Source: Callorhinchus milii (lineage: Eukaryota). Taken from it: a stretch of DNA of 64,000 bases. The notes under the pieces were generated by a model, which did no database searches, was not told the DNA's origin, and was given only the letters and a program-made list of their open reading frames with translations. Of the stretch, positions 36,239-48,774 are shown in pieces. The position numbers and the translations under genes are program-made. The stretch's first letter is position 1. Each line of letters begins with the position of its first letter. The stretch covers positions 7,070,001-7,134,000 of the forward strand of contig NW_024704742.1 in assembly GCF_018977255.1 (NCBI RefSeq). The letters are read 5' to 3'.

Positions 36239-36732
36239 ATTCTATGGAATGTGTACATGCGTTTGGATTCCCCAAAGGTACTTAAGAAAAACTCTCACAA
36301 AGTCATCCATCTCTATTATTTCAGCTCAATATGTTTCCCTCCATTGACAACACCCATACACCTCAACTCTGCCCTAATGTAGCAGACCAAAGCCATTGTG
36401 TGTCCATGTAGTATTTGTTGGACAGTGGGAGTAAATGGTACACAAGGTGGCGTAATCACACAAAGTACAGGCACTGTGGAATTCCCAATATTTCTACAGC
36501 TCTTATGTGGAGAGATCTCTTTATTTAGCTGGTATATTGCGAGGATATTTTGAATCTCGTAAACATTATCGGTCCTTTCAAATCCAGAATCATCCCCAAG
36601 CTTAACTAAATCTTACTTTTGAGATATAGTTTATTGTTGGTTTACCTTGACAGCTATTTCCAGTAAGTGACTTAACTTCCAGCCTCAGTAGCTTCTTGAT
36701 GATGTACAAAGGCTTGCTTCTTTGACTTTCAG

Positions 36733-37165
36733 GTGCCAGCCTGGCTCAGTTGGTAACACTCTCACCTCTGAGTCAGAGCTGTGGGTTCATGCCCTGCTTT
36801 GAGACTTTGAATCCATATTAACAGTGGCTTCCAGCTGACACACAATGCAGAGGGAGTAGGGAACGTTGCATTATTAGAGACGCTCTTCTGACAATGAGAC
36901 ATTAAACCTGTTCAGATGGATGTTAAAGACCCCATAACCCAACTTGAAAAAAGAAGGGAGTTTCTTCAGTGCCCCCGGCCTAGAATCCCCCAAAATAAAA
37001 TCAGCCACTCACTCCATGGTTGTTTATGGCACTTTGCTATTCAGAACTGGGCTGCTGGGTTTGTCAGCTACAATACAACATTCGTTCCACTTCACAATTT
37101 ATGCTGTGAAGCAGTGTCTTCCTGACATGAAAGGCACTATTTCAAATGCAAGGATCATTATTTTT
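36733..37165 (+). mobile_element. SINE-B, full length
   Basis: 'gtgccagcctggctcagttggtaacactctcacctctgagtcaga', Deu domain, tail. Confidence 0.85.
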
Positions 37166-38689
37166 ATTATTTACATATTACTGCACCGTCACACACTACA
37201 CGTCAGCCATCCTTGTCTCTGGATTAGAAGGGGCAGAGCCAAGGATGTCTGATTATAGGGACTATATCTTGCAATACAATTAAGTGCCACACTAACTTAA
37301 TTTGTGGCTGCAGTCTCAGCAAAATCAACCATCTGTGAATTTCGCTGAATGTTAGGGGAACTGACCACTTGCGGAAAAAGGAATGGGGGTGGAAATCTTA
37401 GCCTCTGCATTGAACAGACACTCAGCCAAAACAGCTGAATCTGTGTTCTGTGTTCAGCTGAAGTAGCTGATGCAGAAACTCTGCGGCTTGGGTAAACAGC
37501 TGCTGGAAGTCCTTACTTAGAATCTGGATTCGCGTGTCAGACACCCGGCTAACACCACTCCACCCACCTCCCCCCACCCCACACAAAAAAACTATGTTCG
37601 CAAACTCACTAAAAAAGGCAGTGGATTGGTATTTGCTTGAGAACAGTACTTGAGGTTATGAAGATCAGTAAGACTGAAATTAACAATAATAATAATAATC
37701 CTTGCATTTGATATAGCGCTTTATCACGTCATTGAGACTTCTCAAAGCGCTTCACAGAATATACTGTAAAGTGCAGTGACTATGTATTTTGTGGGCGAAG
37801 CACATAAATCATCCTGCTCCGAGGGCCAGGATGATTTATGTGGAGTGAGGAATGTCATCTGCGGACAGACGAAGGCTGAAGATTTGGAGTTAATGAAGAT
37901 CCTGAAGTTTTTTTGCTTGATTACTTTTAGGAAACATAGGCACATGCACAGGTGAAGAAAAAAAGTGATTTCTTAAGGAAAATGGGAATGCATTAAGATG
38001 AGTAAATAAATCCCAGAAAGAGCTCTCTCTGTGTGCACTGTATGCCATAAAATTTCACAACTGATGGCGTTATACCTATACTAGCTGTAGCCGTTGCAGC
38101 TTCGCATGCAACCGAAGTATCCAATATGGAATGTAGATTTATGCACAGAGAGACATTTCATGTTTATCTATACTCATCTGGGAGGACTCCTGTAGGAGAA
38201 CTCCTTTCAGACTCAGTGGGAGGACTCGGGACTTTAAAATTGTAATTTTGTTGTTGTTGCCGTAGCTTAGCTTCGTCTGTGTTCTTTATTTTGCTTCCAC
38301 TTTGACTTGAGGCCACCAGGTGTAACTGCAGCAATAAATACAAAACTGAAAATAACTCATGAACGATAGGAGATACTGGAAAACAAATATGCCCATGACA
38401 CTCCAAGGTGGAAGACCTTTCCGATCAGGTATAAATCATGTCTCTATGTCAATTGGTTATTGAGATCCTGCCTCACATTGTTGCCTGACAAAACAGCTCA
38501 AATCTTCCTACCTTGTTGAACAATGCAAACAAGGTCTCTGGTCTTTGATCAGAAATCTCATAGAAAAAATCAATTTCCACTACAAGGCTAGGTAGACTGA
38601 GGACTAGGACAGATCCACAGATGAGAGCCTACATTAAACTGCACCGGAGTTAAATCCTGCTTGGTTATACAGCTTCATGACCCCTGCTC

Positions 38690-38930
38690 TATCTACCCCA
38701 CACTCGGTAGGCATTCTGCCCTCGCTCTCTGGAACCCTGCCTTGGAGTTCCCTTGGCCCACTCCCTCCCTCATCTCTTGAAAGGCCCATATCAAAGCACA
38801 CATATTTCCGCTCCCCCCACACACTGCACCCCCTTTGGTTCCCATCCCCAGCATTGGTTCCCAGTCGACAATGTCAAGCAATTTGAGACATCCTCTCGAT
38901 GTGAAAGACGCTATATAAGTGTAAGACTGT
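38690..38930 (+). mobile_element. Old L2 3' fragment
   Basis: 'ctctggaaccctg...tttgagacatcctctcgatgtgaaagacgctatataagtgtaag'. Confidence 0.7.
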
Positions 38931-40849
38931 ATTGGATTGAATCAGTAAAGAATTTCTGAAAGAAACAAATCATTGATGTTCTCTCTCCTGTATATTTTGA
39001 CTAATTCCATATTTTTGTTTCTACAATCCTGACAAGTTGCTTGTGTCTTTGTTGCTCCAAAGATGATTGATTAATTTATTCATCCATTCCATATTTCCTT
39101 GTTCCTTGCACATCCCATGCATAAACTATCACAAGTATTTAAAGTAGTAAGTTTGCGTACATCAAGGAGAAGGAAACGGGGGGGGGGGTGTGTGTTATGG
39201 AAGGGTGAGAGGGAGAGAGGGTGGAGGTTCAGGTGGAATGTAAACACTGTCAAGAATAGCCTGCATGGTGCTGTACAGTCTGTGTAATACTGTATATGTT
39301 AATACTGCACTCTTGAATTAAGAACGTCAAGCAATGAAAATGCCAGAAATGAAGAAAGATGATAAGGTGGGTAAACTTCAGTGTAAGAAGCATACCTAGC
39401 TAAAGGTTGTTATGTAGTGTAAACTGAATCTTGACCACTTAGGCTTGTGCCAACATGGCTTTCCTGGTTCCCAGACAGCACAGAGCATTCCGTCCAATTC
39501 TATTATCAGTGTCAATGGCACGTAAATAAAACCTCCCCAAAGCCTACTTTGAAATAAGCAATGACAAAATTGTACCTTGCAATGATGTAAACTGAAACTG
39601 TTGTGTAACTGGGTACGGAACAGATACAACAGAATTTGAGGTGATTATTGAGGGTTGACTATTGTTCCTTTGGGAAATTCATGTCAGGACCTTCTCATCC
39701 ATTCCGAGGGAAAGAGAATTAAAGATTAGAATCCTGAACAGAAGTTGCTAATTGCAACATATGATCCGTGCTGGAAAAAAAGTGGTGGGGGGGAAAAAAA
39801 AGGGAGTAATTAAAAGTATTGGATTTCAACCAATTTCACAATGAAATGGTTCTGATTAGAGCAGAAGCTAGAAAGCTGTAAAAAGTGGGACTTGGTGCAG
39901 AGGTTAACAACCCTCTGGGGAATTTCAAGCCAGATCTTAGAAAGATATGAAACTTTATCCACAACAAAGTGGTCTTCACACAGGAATGCCTGCTACCCTG
40001 CCAGAGGCAAAGGAGGAAGGTCTGCTAGGTGATTATACCAAAATCATTTATAATATAGGATTACGAGAAGTCACAGAGAGAGAGACTGGAAATTAATAAG
40101 AGCACATTGTACGGGTTTCTAACAATTATTTCTGGTTTCTAGCTAGCTTCTGCCTCCACTAAATCACGATGAGCTATTACCTTTGGAACGCTCAATATAG
40201 GCCCAACCTTTGTTTGGCTCTTTCCTGTGTTTTGAGCTGTTTGTATATTATTGCTACACTTGACATTGACACACAGCATCTGCCGTGAGGCTCAGAAACC
40301 TTGCTGGTACTGCAGCTCTACCTACATTCGCGTTCGTGGTGAATTTGAATCTGTTTGAATGCAACAATGCTCAGGCATCGATTCTTAGTCCTCTCGTAAT
40401 TCAGACCAACCGCTCCCACTGCTTGAGCTTGGAGTTGACCTGGGTTACAAAGCAGAGGGTTGCATCAGTCTAGATTTAATGACTGATGGGAGACTCATAG
40501 CAGTTGCTATATGAAAGAAAAACACAGTACATGCGCACACTGGTAATGTTATACCACCCAGTGACCAGCACATCAATTAAACTGAGGTTCTCGCAAAGGG
40601 TGAACCCTAGGACATCTTATTCAGTTCTGGTCACCCTGCTCCACGGCATATGGGATTTCTATGGAACAGCAAATAGAAATGGACCTTGATATAGATTGTG
40701 TGTCTAAGACAAATAAGCATCTTTATTTGTTTTTATTTCTATCATTTTAAATTGATTTTTGCTCGGATTATAGATTCTGGTGCAGATTATCATGATTTTA
40801 ATGCTGTGGATCCGACATGACTTCCATTATTTATTTTGTTGGTAAACCA

Positions 40850-41137
40850 GGTGTCTGACACATGTGGAAACCCATCACCATGATTGAGAATATCTTAAAC
40901 CAGACAGAGAGTTCAATGGAAGCCACTTACACATGGAGTTTTCCCATGTCTGGAATAGAATGTGCACAGTCTCTCTGGAGGATGCAATTTATTTACTTCA
41001 TGTCAGCAAGAGCCAAGGTTTGGGGATCCTAGAGTGTGTGTTGGGGTGCTAAATAACCAATATTTATATTTAATATTTAATATAAATAATTTAATATATT
41101 TAATTATATTTAATGGTGGTATAACCAGCTAAAACCA
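40850..41137 (+). repeat. Family X dispersed repeat copy
   Basis: Shares 'gaatatcttaaacca', 'gtctggaat', 'caagagccaaggtttggggatcctagagtgtg' and 'taaccagcta' with 43735-43983. Confidence 0.6.
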
Positions 41138-42135
41138 TATAGTTTGCTGTTGAAAGCACTGTCTGGAAATTGTTTTTCTGCTTGTTTTGCTCGGACCTGT
41201 TAGGACCACAACCCATTATTGCTTTGGCTTGCAGGGTTAATAGGAGTTGAATGTGAAAAAGCCCTGCTTCTGCCGACACTTACATTATCTTTTGCAAGAA
41301 GGAGAATGGCACAGTATTAAAATGGGTTCAGATGTCCTACACTCCGTAAAATAACTGAATCCTCCTTCAAAGGGAGAGGAATCTAAACAAGTTGCATTCA
41401 ATTATTTTTAGATGTTTTCCATTGCTCTGTTGGGGTCTCAGTTAAGCAACAACATGAGATAGGGATATGGAGCTATCAGGTGCATTATGATTTTAAATGA
41501 TTCACTGAATGAAATATACTCCCTCACCTGAATTCTTTTTATATCATCACATTCTTCTGAAAATAAAAAGGGCAGTCCAGCTCAGCTTTACGCTGCCAAA
41601 AACTGAGATCATTATTCATTGGAGACAGACAAACTTGGAGAGATTCCATGCAAAATGATGGAACACATTGAACTGAAGAATCTTAATATAATTTCCTTCC
41701 TAGCTGTACCATATTACGATGGGACAAAATAATTGACGCTGAAATAAATCAATTAAAGTGGGCAAATTTAATCCACTGTCCTTGCCCTTTATGGGGAGAA
41801 ATTTTACCGAGGTCTAGATTTTCTCTGGGATCAGCCATGATCTAATAATAATAATGCTTGCATTTGACATAGTGCTTTTCACGTCTTTGAGACGCCTCAA
41901 AGTGCTTCACAGAATATACTGTAAAGTGAATTGCCTGTATATTTTGTGGGCAAAATCATTGCGGTGAGTACTGTAAGAAAACAGGAAAACACATGTCTAC
42001 AGAGCTGGGCTTTGTTTTCTAAATGTATAGAGTTTTCTATCATAAAATACAATACAATGTATTCACATTTTACCTTCACACAGAATAGTGTCTCAGAGGG
42101 CTGTGGGAAAGGCATTATGTTTATATTGATTACAT

Positions 42136-42470
42136 TCAGTGGTTAGAGCACTCGCCTCGCGAGCGAGAGACCTGGATTCGATTTCTGGGAGGGTGAAATC
42201 TAGACGTCTCAAAGCGCTTCACAAAATACACCGCAAAGTAAACTGACTGTATATCTGTGGGCGAAATGCGGCAGCCAATTGCGCACAGCAGTGTCCCACA
42301 AACAGTCGTGGATTGAAATGACCAATTTATTATTGTGTTTTTTTTGGAGGGATTATTATCAGGCGTGTGGAGTAAGGAAACCGGCCCAAGGTTTCGCCCT
42401 CTGCCGGGAATCGAACCCAGGTCTCTCGCTTGCAAAGCGAGTGCTCTAGCCACTGAGCTACAGGACTCCA
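42136..42470 (-). mobile_element. Short-subfamily SINE-A (42199-42470, -) preceded by an opposite-strand SINE-A head (42136-42198, +)
   Basis: Internal deletion junction 'ggattattatcaggcgtgtggag'; two tRNA heads in inverted orientation. Confidence 0.88.
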
Positions 42471-43734
42471 AATAACCAGTCCATCACAACTTAACACACT
42501 GTGTATTTTAGAATAAATAACAAATATTATTTTATTATAATAATATTTATATTAACAGAATGATGGAACAGGCTCGAGGGGCTGAATGGCCTACTCCTGT
42601 TCCAATGAGCATGTAGCATTTTAAGAGTTAAGAATCCAGTCACTAACGTTGAAGCCGTTTTACTGTTAATTTTTTTGGGTTCTTACGGAAAACTGGTCTC
42701 AAAATTAAAGTTGTCTAAGAGCTTAAGAATTCTGTTTTGCCCACAAAATACGCACAGTCAATCCACTTTACTATATATTCTGATTTACTAAACCTTCATG
42801 AACTAAGCTTTGGTGGCTTTAACTCCTTAGAAAATCCACCCCGTGCCTTGTGTACTAATCACATTGAGAGGACTTTTTCCATGTCTGTGCACTGGGGAGA
42901 GATGGAGGATGGGATGTCAGAGTGATTGAGTTGACTAGTTCTATAATCCTCCCTTCTTCTCTCAGGTGAAACTCCTCACATGTGCTCAGTGTCATCCACA
43001 CAGCTAGAGATTAGCTTGAAATCACATCCTATAGGGAGTGATGGAGATGGTTAAATTCCACCACCGTGCTTCACAACAACCAGTGTGGCTCAACATTGAT
43101 TCAACTCATTGATTCTGCATCGACTTTATTAAGTAAATTTGTTCACACTCCACACACATTAACACAGAGTTCATCTGTCACTGTTTGCATTAAAAGAATA
43201 TCATCGCTGAACTCTTGTGATGTATGGAGCAGGTTCTTGCATGGATTTGTATACTCCCTGATTAGATTACATCTGTTTCGACAACACTTCAAAGTTCTCA
43301 CGTTACAGTAGGAACATAGCCAGTATGATTTACGACTGGTTTTCCTGCTGACCTCCCACCACTGGCCACTGTTACATCCTATTATGTCACGTCCTTGGAA
43401 GAGCAGTGAGGCTGAATTAGTAGGGTCTATTTCTCAGCAGTAAGAACCTATGTGAACTCTATACTCCGTGGGTGATCCAAACAACTGGGCTTCTGTTTCC
43501 AGCATGTCCAGTAAGAGGAGCGTACTGAAATGTGACTCGATCACTAGTTGTGTAATGGGTGAGGTGGGTGACCTTGTGATGGTGATGCATTATTTGACGC
43601 ATAAGTTAAAATGCCTGTGGTTATTACCAGCGCTCCATAGCATAGGTCAGAGTGTTCCAAGGAAGATGATTTGGTGAAATCCCTGTGACTGTGCTCTCAA
43701 TGTTCTCATGTGACATTCAACCTCAACTTCAGAA

Positions 43735-43983
43735 AAATGGCAGGAACCCATTGTAGTGCTTAAGAATATGCAAACCATATGGGGAATTCCACATAGTAAG
43801 CCACCTCTACTCACAAAACTTTCCCTGGGTCTGGAATGGAATGCAAACTCTCTTCCTGGAAATACACCCCCTGCTTATCTAATTTCGGAGAGTATTAGGT
43901 GTAGGTTGGCAAGAGCCAAGGCTTGGGGACCCCAGAGTGTGCGTTCGATAATCCCAAATTAGAATCTAACCAGCTAGAATCTC
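43735..43983 (+). repeat. Family X dispersed repeat, most complete copy
   Basis: Contains blocks shared with 5766-5940 (rc), 12160-12300 and 40850-41137. Confidence 0.65.
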
Positions 43984-44364
43984 TTTATGTTGTCAAGTTG
44001 TGTGATTTTGGGGTTTAATTTGCATTGTTTCTTAACCAGGTTTCTTAATATATTTCATTCTTTTCAAGGGGGCTCAGTTAATATAGCAATCGGTTGCACT
44101 TTTCAGCTAGGAGTGCCTTGACCATCAGCTGAAGGGTCAGTGACTGAGGGGCACAGTTATAAAACACTTACAAAAAGCGATAAAGGAAAGTTTAAGAGAN
44201 TTTTTTTCCAGAGAGTTGTTGGGATGTGGAATGCCCTGCCATATTTCCAAGGTTACAGGGTACTGAACAGGCAGATGACACCTCGGGTTTAACATCTCAG
44301 GGAGAGTAAGGATAGGAGGATGAGGGAGAAGGGAGTAGATGGGTATGGGAGGGAGTATTCCAAT

Positions 44365-44700
44365 TGTTGATACTCCAATACAGTGCTGGGGATGTCCTGC
44401 ATTGTCTCGTCCTTCAAAAATGTTGTTAAACCAAGTTCTCGTCTGCCTGTTCAGGTGGAAGTAGGCAGATCCATGGCACTATTTGAAAAGAGAAGGGAAT
44501 TTCTTCCTGTACACTAGACGATAATCCCAAATTAAATTGGTCATTCATTTCATTCCTGTCCACAAATTGCCTGCCACATTGACCTACAAAAGGCATAGTT
44601 ACTGCACAATATGTATTCATGCCATGTACATCCTGTGAAGTGTTTCAAGGCATTTTGACGATGTGGTCAGGTATCAGATCAAATGTAAGGATTGTTATTA
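44365..44700 (+). mobile_element. SINE-B without head
   Basis: 'gttaaaccaagttctcgtctgcctgttcaggtgg...ccatggcactatttgaaaagagaaggg' and tail. Confidence 0.8.
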
Positions 44701-44734
44701 TTTCAGGGTACACTTAAATTGGGCAATTGTTAAA

Positions 44735-44897
44735 TACAGCCTTAATTTTGAAGTCGGTTTCCTGTAATTACTTGTGAAAGAAAATACAGAAAAACAGCTT
44801 CAAAGTTAAAACTGAATTCAATAATTTGCCAAATTCTGCTGTTCTAAAATCTTACGCTAATAACAGCAGATCCAGACCCAGGTGGAATTTTACTCCA
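44735..44897. mobile_element. Family Y MITE-like element, partial
   Basis: Internal palindrome 'ttaattttgaagtcggtttcctgta' / 'tacagaaaaacagcttcaaagttaa'; end 'atccagacccaggtggaattttactcc'. Confidence 0.55.
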
Positions 44898-44911
44898 GAA
44901 GTTGGTAAATT

Positions 44912-45220
44912 AATAATAATAATAATCCTTGCATTTGATATAGCGCTTTTCACGTCTTCTAGATATCTCAAAGCGCTTCACAGAATGAACTGTAAAGTGA
45001 ATTGACTGTATATTTGTGGGCGAAACGCGGCAGCCAATTGCGCACAGCAGCGTCCCACAAACAGTCGTGGATTGAAGTCACCAATTTATTATCATTTTTT
45101 TTGAAGAATTATTATCAGGTGAGTGGAGTAAGAAAACTTGCCCAAGATTCCCTGCTGGGAATCGAACCCAGGTCTCTCGCTTGTGGGGCGAGTGCTCTAA
45201 CCACTGAGCTACAGGACTCC
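44912..45220 (-). mobile_element. Short-subfamily SINE-A, full length
   Basis: Same deletion junction 'attattatcaggtgagtggag' and diagnostic tail 'gcttttcacgtcttctaga'. Confidence 0.92.
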
Positions 45221-45384
45221 TACATGAACTCTAAAATTCTACATTAACCTGGTACATATTTGCTATCTCCCCAAGCTCAGAGATTTTCCTCCCCTACGTT
45301 TGAGGAGATGATTTTTGTGTAGATTCAATCAATGGATGTGCAGAACGGAAATGGTCCTTTGTTTAGTTTGATCAGAATGCTTTT

Positions 45385-45755
45385 AACAACAACATTTCCA
45401 TTTATATAGCGCCCTTCACCGTGGCGGAGCCCAATGCCGAGCCAGGAGGAGGGGGAAGGTGACCGCAGGCACTCGAAGAGGAAGGTCTTCAAGCGCGACC
45501 TCAAAATGGGGAGAGAAGGGGCAAGGTGAAGGGATTGAGGAAGAGAGTTCCACAGCTTCGGGCTTAGTGGCTGAAAGTACGGCCGCCGAGGGTGGGGTGA
45601 AGGGTACGGGGGACAAGGAGGAGGCCCGAGCCAGTCGAGCGGAAGCAGCGGGCAGTAGTGTAAGGAGAGAGCAGGTTGGAGAGATACGGGGGTGGGGGTG
45701 GGCAGGTGGTGCCAGGGCGTGAAGGGATTTAAGTACAAGAGTGAGGATAGGATCT
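45385..45755 (-). mobile_element. L2 LINE 3' fragment
   Basis: PKLWNSLPQSL...RSRLKTFLF; tail. Confidence 0.88.
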
Positions 45756-46593
45756 TTATGTGTATGTGTGTTTGTGCGTGTGTGTGGGGGGGAGGGGGAG
45801 GCGTTGAGCAAGGAAAGAATATAAAGCGGAAACACAAAACAGAGGGAGCCGTCTAAATGTAGCGTTCAACATCAATTCAAAAGCAGTAATTACCTGGAAA
45901 CCTTTGACTTGTGAAAACCCACTTTGCATAACACACATTCAATCGAATACAATGAAAAGATATCCACGTAACAGCTTTTATAGATAGGCACGAGCTGGAA
46001 AAAAGCAAATTAATTTTGTTCACCCTGACCTTTCCATGGCCTCGGATTACTACTTGCATTTGGGCCTATTCAGCAGCTAATGAAATGTCTGGGCTTAGAG
46101 GCTATAAAAAATGTTTGTATCAAAAGCCAACATGTGCCACTGGAGTCTTAAAAGAACGCACCCAATCTGATTCAATAATTTCCTTCCCAAAGAGACAATT
46201 TGTATGTGCTGCAGATGGCAATGTTTTTAAAATGCGTGGCTTGCAGTTCATTTCCTGGTAATCGAATGCTGAAAAAAATTCATTACAATAGCAATCTTTG
46301 AAGGATGTCTTATATCATGAGATGCTCTATCTCTGTCGATTTTATTACTCTTTCACCCACATAGTCCTGTGTTTAATGTGCTTCGTGCAGCCACCGCAGA
46401 AGGTAAAGCACCACATCAAAATAACACTGCATATTCAAAAGAATAACAAATAGTCCTAATCAGATTTGCTCGATTGAATTATTACCTGATAACTCACCAA
46501 ATGCTATCATTTATGCACTAATGCCTTTCAACGTGGAGTAAACAACATTTAAAAAAAAGGACATTTAAGCGTGAAAGAGGGAACAGGCCCACA

Positions 46594-46853
46594 CAATAAT
46601 AATAATCCTTGCTTTTGATATAGCGCCTTATCACATCTTTGAGACATCTCAAAGCGCTTCACAGAATATACTGTGAAGTGAATTGACTGTATATTTTGTG
46701 GGCAAAATGCGGCAGCCAATTGCACACAGCGGCGTCCCACAAACAGTCGTTGATTGAAGTGACCGATTCATTATTATTATTTTTTTTGAAGGAAGTATTA
46801 CCCCCAGAAAACCGATCCTCCAATCGACTAACAACCGGGTTCCAACTTACTGC
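46594..46853 (-). mobile_element. SINE-A, 5'-truncated
   Basis: Tail and body through 'acaaccgggttccaacttactgc'. Confidence 0.9.
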
Positions 46854-48774
46854 AAAATGACCACAAGGCTGCCTCAGCTGCAGGTGCAAAGATGGTAGTT
46901 GAACTGTCTGCGCCTCACAAAATGGCCGGAACACCATCATTAACAATAGACAACAGCTGACAACTCAGCACAACGTCTGGGTTCTAAGGACAGCGCATGA
47001 GAGTATGAAGGGGGAGCAGCAGACACCAAGGATTTGGAAATACATCAGAAAAGCAATGGACAACATTTTGAAATAGGCAAATTTCAAAAGGCATCACGAG
47101 GGATACATCATGACAGAAAACACACTGAGCTCTGCCGTGCTGAGCTTTGCAGCCTAAATCCACAATGCCCAAGACATTGAGAGCCCTTCCCAGTATAAAA
47201 GCAGTCAGACAGATTTTTAGTTCTTGTGCAGGATGCCAGCTAATAATAATAATCTTTCCATTTGATATAGCGCCTATAACTCATGCCTTTGAAATGACTC
47301 AAAATGTTCCAACGAGTATAGCTGTCACTGTGTTTGCAGGCAAGGATGGCAGAAAGCTTTTGCACAGCAAAATCCGGCAAATAATCTTGAAATGAAGGAC
47401 TGTTAGTGGAGGATTGTTAGCCAGAATACCGGGAGAAACCTCCTACTCTTTTCGTCCAGTGTATTACGAGAAGATGAATCTCCTCCTGAACAGGCAGACA
47501 GAGACCTTGGTTTAATGTCTTGTATGAAGGACTGCTTCCTTATTGTTAATGCTGAAGCAAACTGCTAATTGATCATCCCCACATGATACACAGGAACAGC
47601 AATAAAGGAGGACCCAAACCTGTAATCTAGCTGCAAAGGAGCTATGGTGAATGTTTGAACCATCACGGCCTTTTGCACAATTATCTCTCAGCCAGTAGCA
47701 GAAGCAAAATACTGAATGTCCCTTCAACCTTAATGCAGAACCCTCATTAAATGTGGACAATTGTTAACTGTGTCCACAGGTTATTGGAGCCAAGCAGGTT
47801 ATGACTGTATGTCGTTTTCAAGGCACACGGAGGAGACTTACCATACATTCCCAATCAATTATTTAATGTGCATGTAATTAATAACATTTTTTAAGAATGC
47901 CCTTTTGAACCAATAAGGATTTTTACGAGCAAGAGAGAGAGAGAGACAAATAAAAAGGATTTGTATAGCGCCTTTTACGTTGGGAAAACATTGCAAACCG
48001 GTTACCGCAGCTGACTGGGATGGGGTTAGCAATCTCCCTCGGGAGGGGACGCATATAGTGGGTGGAACTCTCAGTCTGCTGTGGATACCCTTTATCCACA
48101 TGTGTTGGACATCCAGCCTGGCTCAAAAAAAGATAATTATCACCATCAAATCCGTTATGAAATGTTGTATTTTACACCCCGGTATCTCCTCTTCCACAGC
48201 CAAGCTTTCTCCAGACTGCAATAAAAAGATCTCCACTTGTCAGATTTACAAGCACAATAAAAAGCAAATCCTTTCAAAGTCACAAGGGCACACGCTCAAG
48301 GTCAATTGTTCCCCAGAAACAGATGGGGGAAAGTGCAGATGAAGTGGATTATGATAATTCTGCCTTAATTTATCCTTAACTCTGTGGATATTTAACTGTT
48401 ATAATTCTAAAGCAATACGTATGTACAGGATTCACATTGTGGATCTAGTGGAAGGCTCAAAAAATAAAGTACAAGCAACGCAGTTGTGAGTGCGTCATTA
48501 TATCAGTGAATAGTACTGGATAAATATTGTAAGTGAATGTGTCACAGCATTATTCATTGCTTCTAGTTCTGAATAGAAAATATCAATAATGGAGTCATTT
48601 GTTTCTCAACAAAGAAACGGAGTGGAGAATCCTTGCCCTAGCCTGCACTTGCTGGCTGTCAATGTCGGCTTGCAGGAACTCTGCTTTGAAAATCATATTG
48701 TATTAGAGAGGAATTGGTTAAACGAGCATAAAGCACCTAATTTCCCTTTTAAGGAACATTTGCTGTATCCCCTT

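Noticed and set aside
38164..38406. Minus-strand ORF with an acceptor-like site and a QQQQ run
   Set aside because: The Q run is an L2 (TTG)n tail fragment; no domain recognised.
42947..43056. Strong acceptor 'tcctcccttcttctctcag' as an exon start
   Set aside because: No good donor downstream and no recognisable peptide.
44200..44200. Single N base
   Set aside because: Assembly ambiguity inside a CR1 fragment; not biological.
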